Shown here in pieces: positions 18,930 through 28,700 of a stretch of 64,000 nucleotides of DNA (the first letter of the stretch is position 1; each line of letters begins with the position of its first letter). The position numbers and the translations under genes were made by a program. Location: positions 2,003-66,002 of the forward strand of contig PMAA01000142.1 of assembly GCA_003152355.1 (NCBI GenBank). The letters are read 5' to 3'. A model generated the notes under the pieces. The model saw only the letters and a list, made by a program, of their open reading frames with translations, was not told the origin of the DNA and made no database searches. The stretch comes from Acidobacteriota bacterium. Its GTDB lineage: Bacteria > Acidobacteriota > Terriglobia > Acidiferrales > UBA7541.

Positions 18930-18950
18930 GTACTTTGTTTTGCAAAGTAC
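18930..18950. promoter_or_regulatory. inverted repeat, candidate operator
   Basis: GTACTTTG-TTTTG-CAAAGTAC: perfect 8-bp arms, abutting the -35 box. Confidence 0.35.
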
Positions 18951-19062
18951 AAAAAAAAGCATCCCGGCAACCCATTCTCCTCTAGCCACAGCTTTCCAAT
19001 TTCCTTGTCGCTTTGCCTGCGCAAGCATATCCTCAGCGCGCCATTTGGACAGGAGGATTTAC

Positions 19063-19620
19063 ATGAAATATCCGATCACCTTTGCTGCTGCGATCCTCTG
19101 CTGTGCGATGCCGGCTTTCGCCCAGCAAGCTCCCGCGCCTGCCGCTGCGCCCAAAATCGAAACAAATCCCATTTCGAATCACCTCCGCAGCGATTTCGCC
19201 GATAGCGCCAAGAACATGGTCGCTGCGGCCGATGAAATGCCCGCCGACAAATATTCATACCAGCCAACACCGCAACAAATGACGTTCGCACATCTCGTGC
19301 TTCACGCGACGACGGGCAACTATTTTTTCTGCTGGAGACTCTCGGGCGTCGCCCGCCCCGACGTGAAGCTCGCGGACACCGATGGCAAGGACAAGCTCCT
19401 CGCCGCGCTCAAAGCGTCCTACGACTTCTGCACCGCAAATCTCGCCAATGTGGATGATTCGAATCTCGGCGAGACGCTTCCCTTCTTCGGTGTACGCACG
19501 ATCTCGCGCGGTGGGTTGATGATGACGGTATCGGCGGAATTTGCTGACCACTATTCGATCGCGGCGATGTATCTGCGCATGAACGAACTGCTGCCGCCAA
19601 CCGCAAAAAAAGAGAAATAG
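19063..19620 (+). CDS. DinB-family (four-helix bundle) protein, secreted
   Basis: ATG 19063 with AGGAGG 6 nt upstream and the signal peptide MKYPITFAAAILCCAMPAFAQQ. DinB-like His-containing helices (HLVLHATT, ADHYS). Confidence 0.7.
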   Translation: MKYPITFAAAILCCAMPAFAQQAPAPAAAPKIETNPISNHLRSDFADSAKNMVAAADEMPADKYSYQPTPQQMTFAHLVLHATTGNYFFCWRLSGVARPDVKLADTDGKDKLLAALKASYDFCTANLANVDDSNLGETLPFFGVRTISRGGLMMTVSAEFADHYSIAAMYLRMNELLPPTAKKEK

Positions 19621-19634
19621 TTCCAGGCGGGGCT

Positions 19635-20381
19635 TTACGGACGGCGTTTCGGATACCGGCCCGTAATCGCGTTCCAGCGGATTACGACCAGATCCCAAAA
19701 CATATGCAGGCTGTCGCGGAAAACGTGAACTTTCGTAGCCGGATCGTGTGCCCATCGCACCGGCACCTCGACGGCGCGCAATCCGTGGCGTTTCGCGAGG
19801 AATAGGATTTCCGGGTCGAATCCGAAGCGCTCGACGCGCTGCTGCTCGAAAATGATTCGCGAGCGATCCAAGCGAAACGCCTTGAAACCGCATTGTGTGT
19901 CTTCGAAGGAAAGCCCGGTGAACAGCCGGACGCATCGGTTGAAAATAATTCCGGCGACTTCGCGAAATCGCGATTGATGCACGGAAATCAACTTACGGTT
20001 CATGGCGCGAGAACCGAAAGCCACGTCGGCGTTTTGCAACGCGTCGAGCAGTTTGTCTGCCTCTTCAATCGGCGCCGAAAGGTCCGCATCGGTAAATAGC
20101 GCCACGCGGCCCCGCGCTTCCAGCATTCCGTGTCGCACGCTATATCCTTTTCCGCGATTTTCGCCATTCGGCACGAGACGCAGCACCGGCCATTTGCGCC
20201 GCCATTCCTCCACTATCCCCGCCGTTCCATCCTTTGAGCCGTCGTCCACCACAATCACTTCGGCATCGGGGTGATGCTCCGCGACGTAGGCGCGAACCTT
20301 CTCCAGGCTGCGCGGAAGACGGGCTTCCTCGTTGTAAGAGGGAATAACAATCGAGAGTTCGGGAGCAGGGGAGGGGTTCAT
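19635..20381 (-). CDS. family 2 glycosyltransferase (polyprenyl-phosphate glycosyltransferase-like)
   Basis: LSIVIPSYNEE, VVDDGSKDGT and TDADLS (DxD) motifs. Start trimmed to ATG 20381. Confidence 0.85.
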   Translation of the reverse strand: MNPSPAPELSIVIPSYNEEARLPRSLEKVRAYVAEHHPDAEVIVVDDGSKDGTAGIVEEWRRKWPVLRLVPNGENRGKGYSVRHGMLEARGRVALFTDADLSAPIEEADKLLDALQNADVAFGSRAMNRKLISVHQSRFREVAGIIFNRCVRLFTGLSFEDTQCGFKAFRLDRSRIIFEQQRVERFGFDPEILFLAKRHGLRAVEVPVRWAHDPATKVHVFRDSLHMFWDLVVIRWNAITGRYPKRRP

Positions 20382-20398
20382 CCTGGAGTGGCCACAGC

Positions 20399-21574
20399 TC
20401 AGGCCGGCTGCAAGTGCCTCTCCCATTCGCGCGTCGCGAGAATTTCTTCCATTTGCGCCAGCGCAAAATCAATTTCCTCGTCGCGGTTGTAGAAGTGCGG
20501 TGAGAGACGCACTCCCGCGGCCGGGCGGTAATCCACCAGGATGTTGCGCGCAATCAGCTCGGTCTTCACTGCCATCGCGTGCGGGCAATCAACCGAGATT
20601 GTTCCGCCGCGCTCGGCTGCGTCGCGAGGCGAGTTGACGCGCCAGCCGCGAGCGAGTGCGCCATCAATCAGCCGCTGTGTCTGCCGCTTCGATTTCTCGC
20701 GGATTTTCTCGATTCCGATTTTCGCCAAGATCTCGAGTCCAGGCTGGCAGGCGTACAATGCCGGAATGTGAGGCGTGCCGTTGAGAAATCGAAATCCATC
20801 TTCCCGCAACTCCACTGGACCGACTTCGAAATTGAAAGGCCGCTGATGCGCGCTCCAGCCCGTGATCATCGGAGAAAGAGTTTTGCGTAGATCGGGACGC
20901 GCATAGAGATAAGCAACGCCCGGCCCGCCGCAGAGCCATTTCAGGCATCCTCCAACCGCGAAATCCACGTTGAGTCCGCGCACATCAATGGGCAGCGTGC
21001 CAGCCGCCTGGAAGCAGTCGAGAATCACAAGTGCTCCAACACTGTGCGCCCGCTGGACAATCGCGCGCGCGTCCACGATCGAAGCGCTGCGAAACAGCAC
21101 GAGCGATATCGGCACGAGCAGCGTCGTCTCATCGATCGCGGCGAGTACTTTCTCGATCGGCGCATGAATGCCGTCTTCGCTCTTCAGCATCTCGATGCGC
21201 GCGCCGCGCCGCCGCTGCTCCATGTAAAAATAAACGATGGATGGAAATTCCAGGTCAACGAGAACCACTTTGTTCCGTGGCCCCGAAAAATCGAAGCACG
21301 AGGAAATGATGGCCTGCGTCAAAGTCACGTTCTGGTGGAGCGAAATCTCGCCGGGGCCTGCGCCAATGAGCGCGCCTATCTTGTCGCCCACACTCACCGC
21401 CATATCCCACCAGCCTTCTTCCCAGGCGCGCACTCCGCGGATTCCCCAGGCGTCGGCATAATCGTGCATGCGCTGGTAAACGCCGCGCGGCATCGCGCCA
21501 AGCGAATTGCTGATCAAATAAGTCGAGGTTTCGAGAATCGGAAATTCTTCGCGCCACTTCAGTAGTTCATCCAT
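20399..21574 (-). CDS. kynureninase-like PLP-dependent enzyme (aminotransferase class V fold)
   Basis: N-terminal FPILETSTYLISNSLGAMP and CLKWLCGGPG resemble the kynureninase YLDGNSLG and C-x-YKYLN-GGPG motifs. Exact substrate is not determinable. Confidence 0.65.
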   Translation of the reverse strand: MDELLKWREEFPILETSTYLISNSLGAMPRGVYQRMHDYADAWGIRGVRAWEEGWWDMAVSVGDKIGALIGAGPGEISLHQNVTLTQAIISSCFDFSGPRNKVVLVDLEFPSIVYFYMEQRRRGARIEMLKSEDGIHAPIEKVLAAIDETTLLVPISLVLFRSASIVDARAIVQRAHSVGALVILDCFQAAGTLPIDVRGLNVDFAVGGCLKWLCGGPGVAYLYARPDLRKTLSPMITGWSAHQRPFNFEVGPVELREDGFRFLNGTPHIPALYACQPGLEILAKIGIEKIREKSKRQTQRLIDGALARGWRVNSPRDAAERGGTISVDCPHAMAVKTELIARNILVDYRPAAGVRLSPHFYNRDEEIDFALAQMEEILATREWERHLQPA

Positions 21575-21583
21575 TCGATTTCC

Positions 21584-23011
21584 TCAAGCTCTCTCGGGCG
21601 GTTGGCCGCCATGAAGTCCGGGAGATAAGCGATCTCGGTTTGTGCGTTTCCAAAGAAAATAGCACAGAGTGATGAATGCGAGCCAAGGCAATCCCGCCAG
21701 GATTGTGATCTTCATACCTGGAATCCACCACGTCGAAATTAATACGCCCAGGAGCGCCAGCATCCCTGCAAGCGACGACCAGGGCCCAGGTGGCGCGAAT
21801 TGCATTGGAACGGAGCCGCCGTTTTTCTCGAAGCGCCGCCGGAAGGCAAGATGGGTTACAAAAATCATTCCCCACCCGAAAAGCCCGCCGAAGAACGAAG
21901 CCCCAAGAGTGTAGAGGAATGCGCTTTCTTGAAACCGAAGATCGAGAATCAGCGCGATGATCATGCCGACGCTTGAAATCATCAGCGCGGCAAGCGGCAC
22001 CCCTTTTTTGTTTAGCTTGCCTAGGAATTCCGGCGCGTAGCCTCCGCGGGAAAGCGAGAAGAGCATTCGCGTGGTGAGATATAAATCTGCGTTCACGCTC
22101 GATAATGCGGCAGTGAGTACCACGAAATTCATGATCGCGCCCGCAAACGGAATTCCAGTCGCCTGAAATACGCGCACGAACGGGCTTTCCGCAAGCCCAG
22201 CCTCCGTCCACGGCATCACGCCGACGAGAACGGCCATACCGCCGATGTAGAAAAGCGCAAGCCGGGCGAGCGTCCAGCGCATCGCTCGAGGCACGGCGAT
22301 CTCAGGATGGCTTGCTTCGCCCGCCGCGACGGAAACTACCTCCAAGCCCAGATAGCTGAAAATCGCTATCGCCACACCAAGGATTACTCCCGTCCATCCA
22401 TGCGGGAGAAATCCGCCGAACGCGGTGTAATTGTGCGTGCCAAGCGGGTGGTAGCCTATGCCAAAAATGAGCGCCGTACCTAGAACGAGAAATACAAAAA
22501 TCGTCGTTACCTTCATCAACGCAAACCAGTATTCGATCGTCCCAAAGCTTCCGATGTTCCGCGCGTTGATGAAAACCATCCCCGCGGAGAAAAGTACAAT
22601 CCAAATCCACGCAGGAATGCCCGGCGCCCAGTAGCGGCAGTAAATCGAGACGGCCACGAGCTCGCTCCCGATCGCCACTGACTGCGCGAACCAATACGAA
22701 TAGCGCACCGCGAAGCCCGCCCAAGGATTAAGATAAATCTCCGCAAAAACTCCGAACGAGCCGGCCACCGGATGGACAACCGTCATCTCGGCAAGAGCCC
22801 ACATTAGTGCGAGCGCAATCAACGCACCCACTCCGTAGCTTAAGATCACGCCGGGGCCGGCTACGCGCACAGAAACGGCGCTGCCGAGAAAAAGGCCGGT
22901 GCCGATCGCACCGCCAAGCGCAATCATCGAAAGCTGACGCGAACTCAATTGGCGATGCAGGCCGGCTTCGCGGTCAGCGATAGATTGCGGCGGCTTTGCT
23001 GAAGCATCCAT
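21584..23011 (-). CDS. APC-family amino acid permease
   Basis: LSSRQLSMIALGGAIGTGLFLGS signature and about 12 TM segments. Confidence 0.85.
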   Translation of the reverse strand: MDASAKPPQSIADREAGLHRQLSSRQLSMIALGGAIGTGLFLGSAVSVRVAGPGVILSYGVGALIALALMWALAEMTVVHPVAGSFGVFAEIYLNPWAGFAVRYSYWFAQSVAIGSELVAVSIYCRYWAPGIPAWIWIVLFSAGMVFINARNIGSFGTIEYWFALMKVTTIFVFLVLGTALIFGIGYHPLGTHNYTAFGGFLPHGWTGVILGVAIAIFSYLGLEVVSVAAGEASHPEIAVPRAMRWTLARLALFYIGGMAVLVGVMPWTEAGLAESPFVRVFQATGIPFAGAIMNFVVLTAALSSVNADLYLTTRMLFSLSRGGYAPEFLGKLNKKGVPLAALMISSVGMIIALILDLRFQESAFLYTLGASFFGGLFGWGMIFVTHLAFRRRFEKNGGSVPMQFAPPGPWSSLAGMLALLGVLISTWWIPGMKITILAGLPWLAFITLCYFLWKRTNRDRLSPGLHGGQPPERA

Positions 23012-23141
23012 ATTGTTACGCCAGAAATTCGGCGCGCCATCGTATCAGAAAGCCCGCCCGAGTCGGGGGGCCGCTCAAAATCAGTCCATGACGCGCTTCC
23101 CTTGCATCGGCTAAGATGAGCGGCCATCGGAGGTATTCGTT

Positions 23142-23957
23142 ATGAAAGGCTTTGGAAATCCTCGATCCCTTGCACGAACGATTCTTGCGCTTTTTGTCGC
23201 CGCGCTTCTCGCCGGCCCGTTCGTGCCACTGGCGACACCCGCTCAGAAATCGGCGCCGGTGACGCTGACCGTGTCCGCCGCGATCAGCCTGAAAGACGCA
23301 CTCGATGAAATCGCGAAACTATACGAAACAAAACATCCCGGTTCGACGATTTCATACAATTATGGCGGCTCGGGAACGCTGCAGCATCAAATCGAGCAGG
23401 GCGCTCCGGTGGACATCTTTTTTTCGGCCGCTGAGAAGCAGATGGATGCGCTTCAGGCCGAACACTTGGTCCTGCTTGCCACTCGCCACGACATCGTACG
23501 GAATTCGCTGGTCCTCGTCACGCCAGCGGACAGCGATGTGGTGAAGGACTTCGCAGATCTAGCAAAGCCTGCCGTGAAGACGATTGCCCTCGGCGAAGCC
23601 GCAACCGTTCCCGCCGGTCAGTACGCGGAGCAGACGCTTCAGCATCTCGGGCTGTTCGACGCGATCAAGAGCAAAGTTGTCTATGCGAAAGATGTTCGCC
23701 AAGTTCTGACGTACGTCGAAACCGGAAACGCCGACGCTGGACTCGTCTATCGCACCGATGCACTAACTTCAAAGAAGGTGCGGGTTGCGGCCACCGCGCC
23801 CGAAGATTCGCACGACATCATCGTGTATCCGCTGGCCGTCTTGAACACCACAAAGAATGAAGCGGCGGCGCGCGATTTCGCGGGATTCATCGGCGGACCG
23901 GAAGCCCGGCCAGTCTTCAACAAATACGGCTTCTCCACGCCGCCGATTCGCGACTGA
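23142..23957 (+). CDS. modA: molybdate ABC transporter substrate-binding protein
   Basis: ModA-like sequence (ISYNYGGSGTLQHQIEQGAPVDIFFSA), a signal peptide, a GGAGG SD, and modB/modC downstream. Confidence 0.9.
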   Translation: MKGFGNPRSLARTILALFVAALLAGPFVPLATPAQKSAPVTLTVSAAISLKDALDEIAKLYETKHPGSTISYNYGGSGTLQHQIEQGAPVDIFFSAAEKQMDALQAEHLVLLATRHDIVRNSLVLVTPADSDVVKDFADLAKPAVKTIALGEAATVPAGQYAEQTLQHLGLFDAIKSKVVYAKDVRQVLTYVETGNADAGLVYRTDALTSKKVRVAATAPEDSHDIIVYPLAVLNTTKNEAAARDFAGFIGGPEARPVFNKYGFSTPPIRD

Positions 23958-23966
23958 CACGCTTCC

Positions 23967-24653
23967 ATGCCTGATCTCTCGCCGATCTGGATATCCCTCG
24001 CGACGAGCCTCACTGCCACGGCGATCACATTCGTCGTGGGCATCGCAGCGGCGGCGTGGCGCGAGCGCCGTAGCGGCCCAATGTTCGCTTTGCTCGATGG
24101 AATTTTCTTGCTTCCGCTCGTCTTGCCGCCGACGGTCGTAGGTTTCCTGCTCCTGCTCCTTTTTGGGAGGAACGGACCGTTCGGTCGAATTCTTCTCAAG
24201 CTAGGCACAACCATTGTGTTTTCGTGGCCCGCGACGGTGATCGCCGCAGCGGTCGTCTCATTTCCTTTGATGTACGTCACAGCGCGCGCCGCTCTGGCAC
24301 AAGTGGATCCCGAACTCATGAACGCCGCGCGCACTCTGGGCGCTTCCGAATGGCGCGCGTTCCGCCGCGTGGCGATGCCGCTCGCGGCGCCCGGAATTTT
24401 GGCCGGCATGATTCTTTCGTTCGCACGCGCTTTTGGAGAATTCGGCGCGACGCTAATGATTGCCGGTGACATTCCCGGCCGTACGGAAACGATTCCGCTG
24501 GCGATCTATTTCGCCGTCGAGTCGAACGAAATGTCGCGCGCAATTTTCTGGTCGCTGATTGATGTGGGAATCTCGCTCGCGCTTTTGTTCGCCCTCTACT
24601 TCTGGACGCACGTGCAATCCTCAGCAAGTGCGCGGGTCGGGCCAGCAGGATGA
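23967..24653 (+). CDS. modB: molybdate ABC transporter permease
   Basis: EAA-loop region (MNAARTLGASEWRAFRRVAMPLAAPGI). Five to six TM segments. Confidence 0.9.
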   Translation: MPDLSPIWISLATSLTATAITFVVGIAAAAWRERRSGPMFALLDGIFLLPLVLPPTVVGFLLLLLFGRNGPFGRILLKLGTTIVFSWPATVIAAAVVSFPLMYVTARAALAQVDPELMNAARTLGASEWRAFRRVAMPLAAPGILAGMILSFARAFGEFGATLMIAGDIPGRTETIPLAIYFAVESNEMSRAIFWSLIDVGISLALLFALYFWTHVQSSASARVGPAG

Positions 24654-25729
24654 GCCTCGAAGTTCACATCGAAAAGCGTCTGCAAAGTTACCCGCTCGCG
24701 GTCGAGTTCGCGGCTGGCGCCAAGCCACTCGCGATCCTCGGGCCATCTGGCGCAGGCAAGACCATGACGCTGCGCTGCATTGCGGGCCTCGTCGAGCCAG
24801 ATCGCGGCCGAATCGTTCTAAACGATCGGGTTCTTTTCGATTCAGAGACAAAAATCAATGTGCCGAGCCGCGAGCGGCGGATCGGTCTTCTGTTTCAGAA
24901 TTACGCGCTGTTCTCGCACATGACCGTGTCTGAAAATATCGCGTTCGGCCTCGATCGCATCGCGCCGGATGAACGAGCCAGCAAAGTCCGCAGGCAATTG
25001 GACGCGCTGCATCTAGCGGCCCTGGAAAGCCGCCTGCCGCGCGAGTTATCAGGCGGCGAACAACAGCGCGTCGCACTCGCGCGCGCTCTTGCCATCGAGC
25101 CTGACGCGCTTTTGCTCGACGAGCCGCTTTCGGCGCTCGATACGCATTTGCGCTCGCAAGTCGAGCATCAACTTCTAGGCACGCTCGCGGCGTTCAACGG
25201 CTCTTCGCTTGTCGTGACACACAACATCGAAGAAGCCTATCGCCTCGGCACGGAAATGCTCGTTCTCACGAAGGGCCGCGTGGCCGCATTCGGCCCAAAA
25301 GAAGATGTTTTTCACCGGCCGCCGACTCTCGACGTCGCTCGCCTAACGGGATGCAAGAATTTTTCGCGCGCAGCAGCGATATCCGACGGCGTAGTTGAAG
25401 CGGTAGATTGGGGCTGCCGCTTGCGTGTGTACCAGCCAATCAGAGGGCAGGTCGTTCATGCCGGGATCCGAGCCCATCAAATAGATTTTCTCGAAGGCAA
25501 AGAGGGCAGCGCGAATTCCGATAACACTTTTCCGTGCTGGGTGATGGAAGCAAGCGAGACGCCCTTTCGCATCACGCTCTATCTGAAGCTGCATTCCGAG
25601 CCTCAGCCCGGCGATCAACCTCAATTGCAGGCCGAAGTGTTCAAGGAAAAGTGGCAGCGATTCAAGGACCGGCAGTTCCCCTGGCACGTCCGGCTCGATC
25701 CGGATGCAGTGTTCCTACTGCCCGACTGA
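24650..25729 (+). CDS. modC: molybdate ABC transporter ATP-binding protein with C-terminal TOBE-like domain
   Basis: Walker A GPSGAGKT, signature LSGGEQQR, Walker B LLLDEP. ATGA overlap with modB. Confidence 0.9.
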   Translation: MSLEVHIEKRLQSYPLAVEFAAGAKPLAILGPSGAGKTMTLRCIAGLVEPDRGRIVLNDRVLFDSETKINVPSRERRIGLLFQNYALFSHMTVSENIAFGLDRIAPDERASKVRRQLDALHLAALESRLPRELSGGEQQRVALARALAIEPDALLLDEPLSALDTHLRSQVEHQLLGTLAAFNGSSLVVTHNIEEAYRLGTEMLVLTKGRVAAFGPKEDVFHRPPTLDVARLTGCKNFSRAAAISDGVVEAVDWGCRLRVYQPIRGQVVHAGIRAHQIDFLEGKEGSANSDNTFPCWVMEASETPFRITLYLKLHSEPQPGDQPQLQAEVFKEKWQRFKDRQFPWHVRLDPDAVFLLPD

Positions 25730-25732
25730 GCT

Positions 25733-28700
25733 TTACTTGAAGTGTTTCGTGAATTCGATGCTGAGGCTGAAGGTGCCGTTGATGTCGCGTAGGGCGATAA
25801 TGGAGATGTCGCGCCGCACGGCGTAAACCACTTGAATCACCTGCTCCTGCTGCGATGCGGCATTTGTGCTGTACGTCACCGTCACGGCTTTCCCGAGCTG
25901 CTCTTCGATGGTGATACGCGCCGCTGCGTTTTGCTCGGATGCCGTCCCTGCCAGGAACGGATCCACGCGGAATTTCGTGATTCCGAATAGGCGCTCGATC
26001 CGCCCGCCGAGTTGGCTTGAGATAGCTTCCGAAAGCAACGCGGTTGCCCCGTAACCCTGCGTCGTTTGCGCGCTAGATGATCGCAGCGCACTTTCGGTCC
26101 CCGGGCTGCCGAGAGCCAACAAGGCGATGATGTCCGAGTCGGGCAAAGGCGGATCAGAGCGATACGCGAGCGATAGATTGCTGCCGGGCCCCGTGAAGTC
26201 GAGCGTGACTTCGTATTGGTCGATCACCGTCGTTGCTTCGACGTTCAGGATCGGGTCCAGTCGAAACGGATTTGAAAAAATGATGTCACCGCGTGAGAGC
26301 GTGTACTTGTTTCCGCGGAAGGTCATGTCGCCATTCAACAAATGGATATTGCCGAGAAGGATCGGCCGCTCCCAAGTTCCGCGCAGGCGCATCGTTCCTT
26401 CCATCTCGACGTGTGCGCCGGTCCACTCCATGCGAGCATTCGCGGTCGTGCTCGCGCCAATATCGAATTGAAGATTGCGCAGGAATGCCGAAGTCGTGGT
26501 CGGACCTTGGACGCTTCCCTGTGACGCGGTCAGCAGCGTCCCCAAATCGACGTTTTGCGCCAGCAGCAGCCGCTCCACCTGAATGTTTCCAGACAACACC
26601 GCTCCGTCCGATGTTCCGGAAAGATGCATCGTGCCTCCGGCGAGCCAGCTCATCCCTTGGGGGTAGCGGATGCGCGTGTGTGGCGCAATCGCGTCCACGT
26701 CGAACCGGAACGGGCCGTCGCCGTAACTCACCGATCCCCGCAGCGTCAAGTTCCCGCCGCCGGATTGCGCGGAGACGTTGTCAAATATCGCGCGCGAACG
26801 ATCGAAAATCACTTCGCCGGTCACGTGGCTGAGGCCCGTCGGAAAATCGTCGTACACGGCCGAAACATCCTGAAATCCGACGCGCCCGATGATCGTGGGG
26901 CTTGAAATTGTTCCTTCCACGCTGACCCGCACATCCGCACCGCCGTGCGCGTCGAGCATCGGCGCGAGACCCTTTGCGAGCCCCAGGTTGACTCGGCCCG
27001 CCAGCGCCAAACTGAGCGGGCGATTGCCGTCGAAACGCATATGCCCGGAAAACTGGAAATCGGTGTCGGTGCCGCGCAGAGATGCCTGCTGGATTGTCAC
27101 CTCATTGTGGCGATACTCGAAACGGAATGGACCTTCGTTTTGCAGCTTTACAAAGCCATAATCGAGCATAACGCGCGAGAAATTCGCATTCACGCGCAGC
27201 GATTGTAGATCGCGCAGGTTTCCGCCGATTATGAGCTCTCCGTCCACGCTGCTGTGAGCGCTCAGTGTCTGCAAATGGAGGCCCGCAATAACGAACGGAT
27301 CGAGATCGAAACCAGAAGTAACGATTTGGCCTGTTATAGGATACTCGCCGCCCAGGAGTACATTGAGGCCTCCGAGGAGCGTACCGCTGCTATTCTCGGA
27401 TGTTAAATCTAGGTGCAGTTGCTTCCCGTTCGAAGTGATCTTGCCATCGAAACCGCCTTCGACTGCCGGGCCGAGTTTCAGATTGCGCAATTGCAGCGTC
27501 CCTTCACCTTTTGGATCGAGAATAGGTCCTTCGCCGCGAAGATCGAACCCGAGCATCCCGGCGATCGGCAACATTTCGCTTTGAATGCGCGGAATGCTGC
27601 CGAGATCAAGGCCCGAGCCCGCCAGCGCAAACTCGATCTGTTTCTCATCCATGCGGTAGTTAAGATGCCCGGCGATTTTGCCCGCGCCCATGCGCAGATC
27701 ACCGTTCGCGAACTGGAACTCATCGTTGCTGACGTGAATCTGCCCGGTCAGGCGATCGAATCGAGCGCCGTAAGCGTTAATCTGCTCGAGCGTCAGATCG
27801 CCGTCGAAGACAGGCTCGCCCCGCGTTCCGCCTCCCGTGAATTGGCCGCTTAACAATCCGCTGACGGGATAGTCCATCCCGAAAAGCGCCTGCAAATCGT
27901 CGGTTGGATCGCGGACAAGCTGTGCGTGGAAACTCCACGGATCGTTGCGGCGAAAATCCCAATCGTTGTCGAATTGGAGATGCAAGTCGAGCAAGACGGA
28001 AGAGCGTCCGCGACGCACAGTGAAATTCGCGAGGCGCAGTTGGTCGGGAGAGTAATCCATGTCGCCATCAATTGAATCCCAGGCGAGCGTGTCGTACCGC
28101 ACGTCCGTTCCACTCACATGTCCCACAAATGCCGGGCCTACGATTGGCCCAAGGACGCGCCCCTTCCAATCCGCGCGTGCCGCAATACGCTTCGGCTCTT
28201 CATCGGCGCCGCGAATCGTGTTGATGAAGTCATCCCATTGCGACAAATCGTCCGCATGAAACGTCACTTCGACCGCGGAATCGAGTCCGCCGAGCGGGCC
28301 ATCCATCGTCAACAAGCTGGTGGGAGTTGAGATTTCGCTCTTCGTCAGCAATACGCCTAGGCGATCCTGCGAGTAGTCATAATCGATCTTCGCTGAGACG
28401 GGAATCCGGCCGGCTGCGAGCGCGGCAGGTGGAGACCAGCGCGTCTCGCCCTGAGACCGGAAATGCAGAAATCCGGCCGTCCATGTGTTCACCGAATCCA
28501 CATCCATTAAAGAATCCCAATGCAGCGACTGCACCGGAAAATCCGGATTCTCGAGCGCCGCAAATACCTGCGCCAAGCTCGCGCCGCGCAAACGCGATGT
28601 GACGAGGAAGTCGAGATGGGGAAGCCCCATCGTCAAGCGGCCCTGCATCGTTCCGCCGAGAGCGCGTGCGTTCAATTGTGGGACGACGAGTTGGTTCTTG

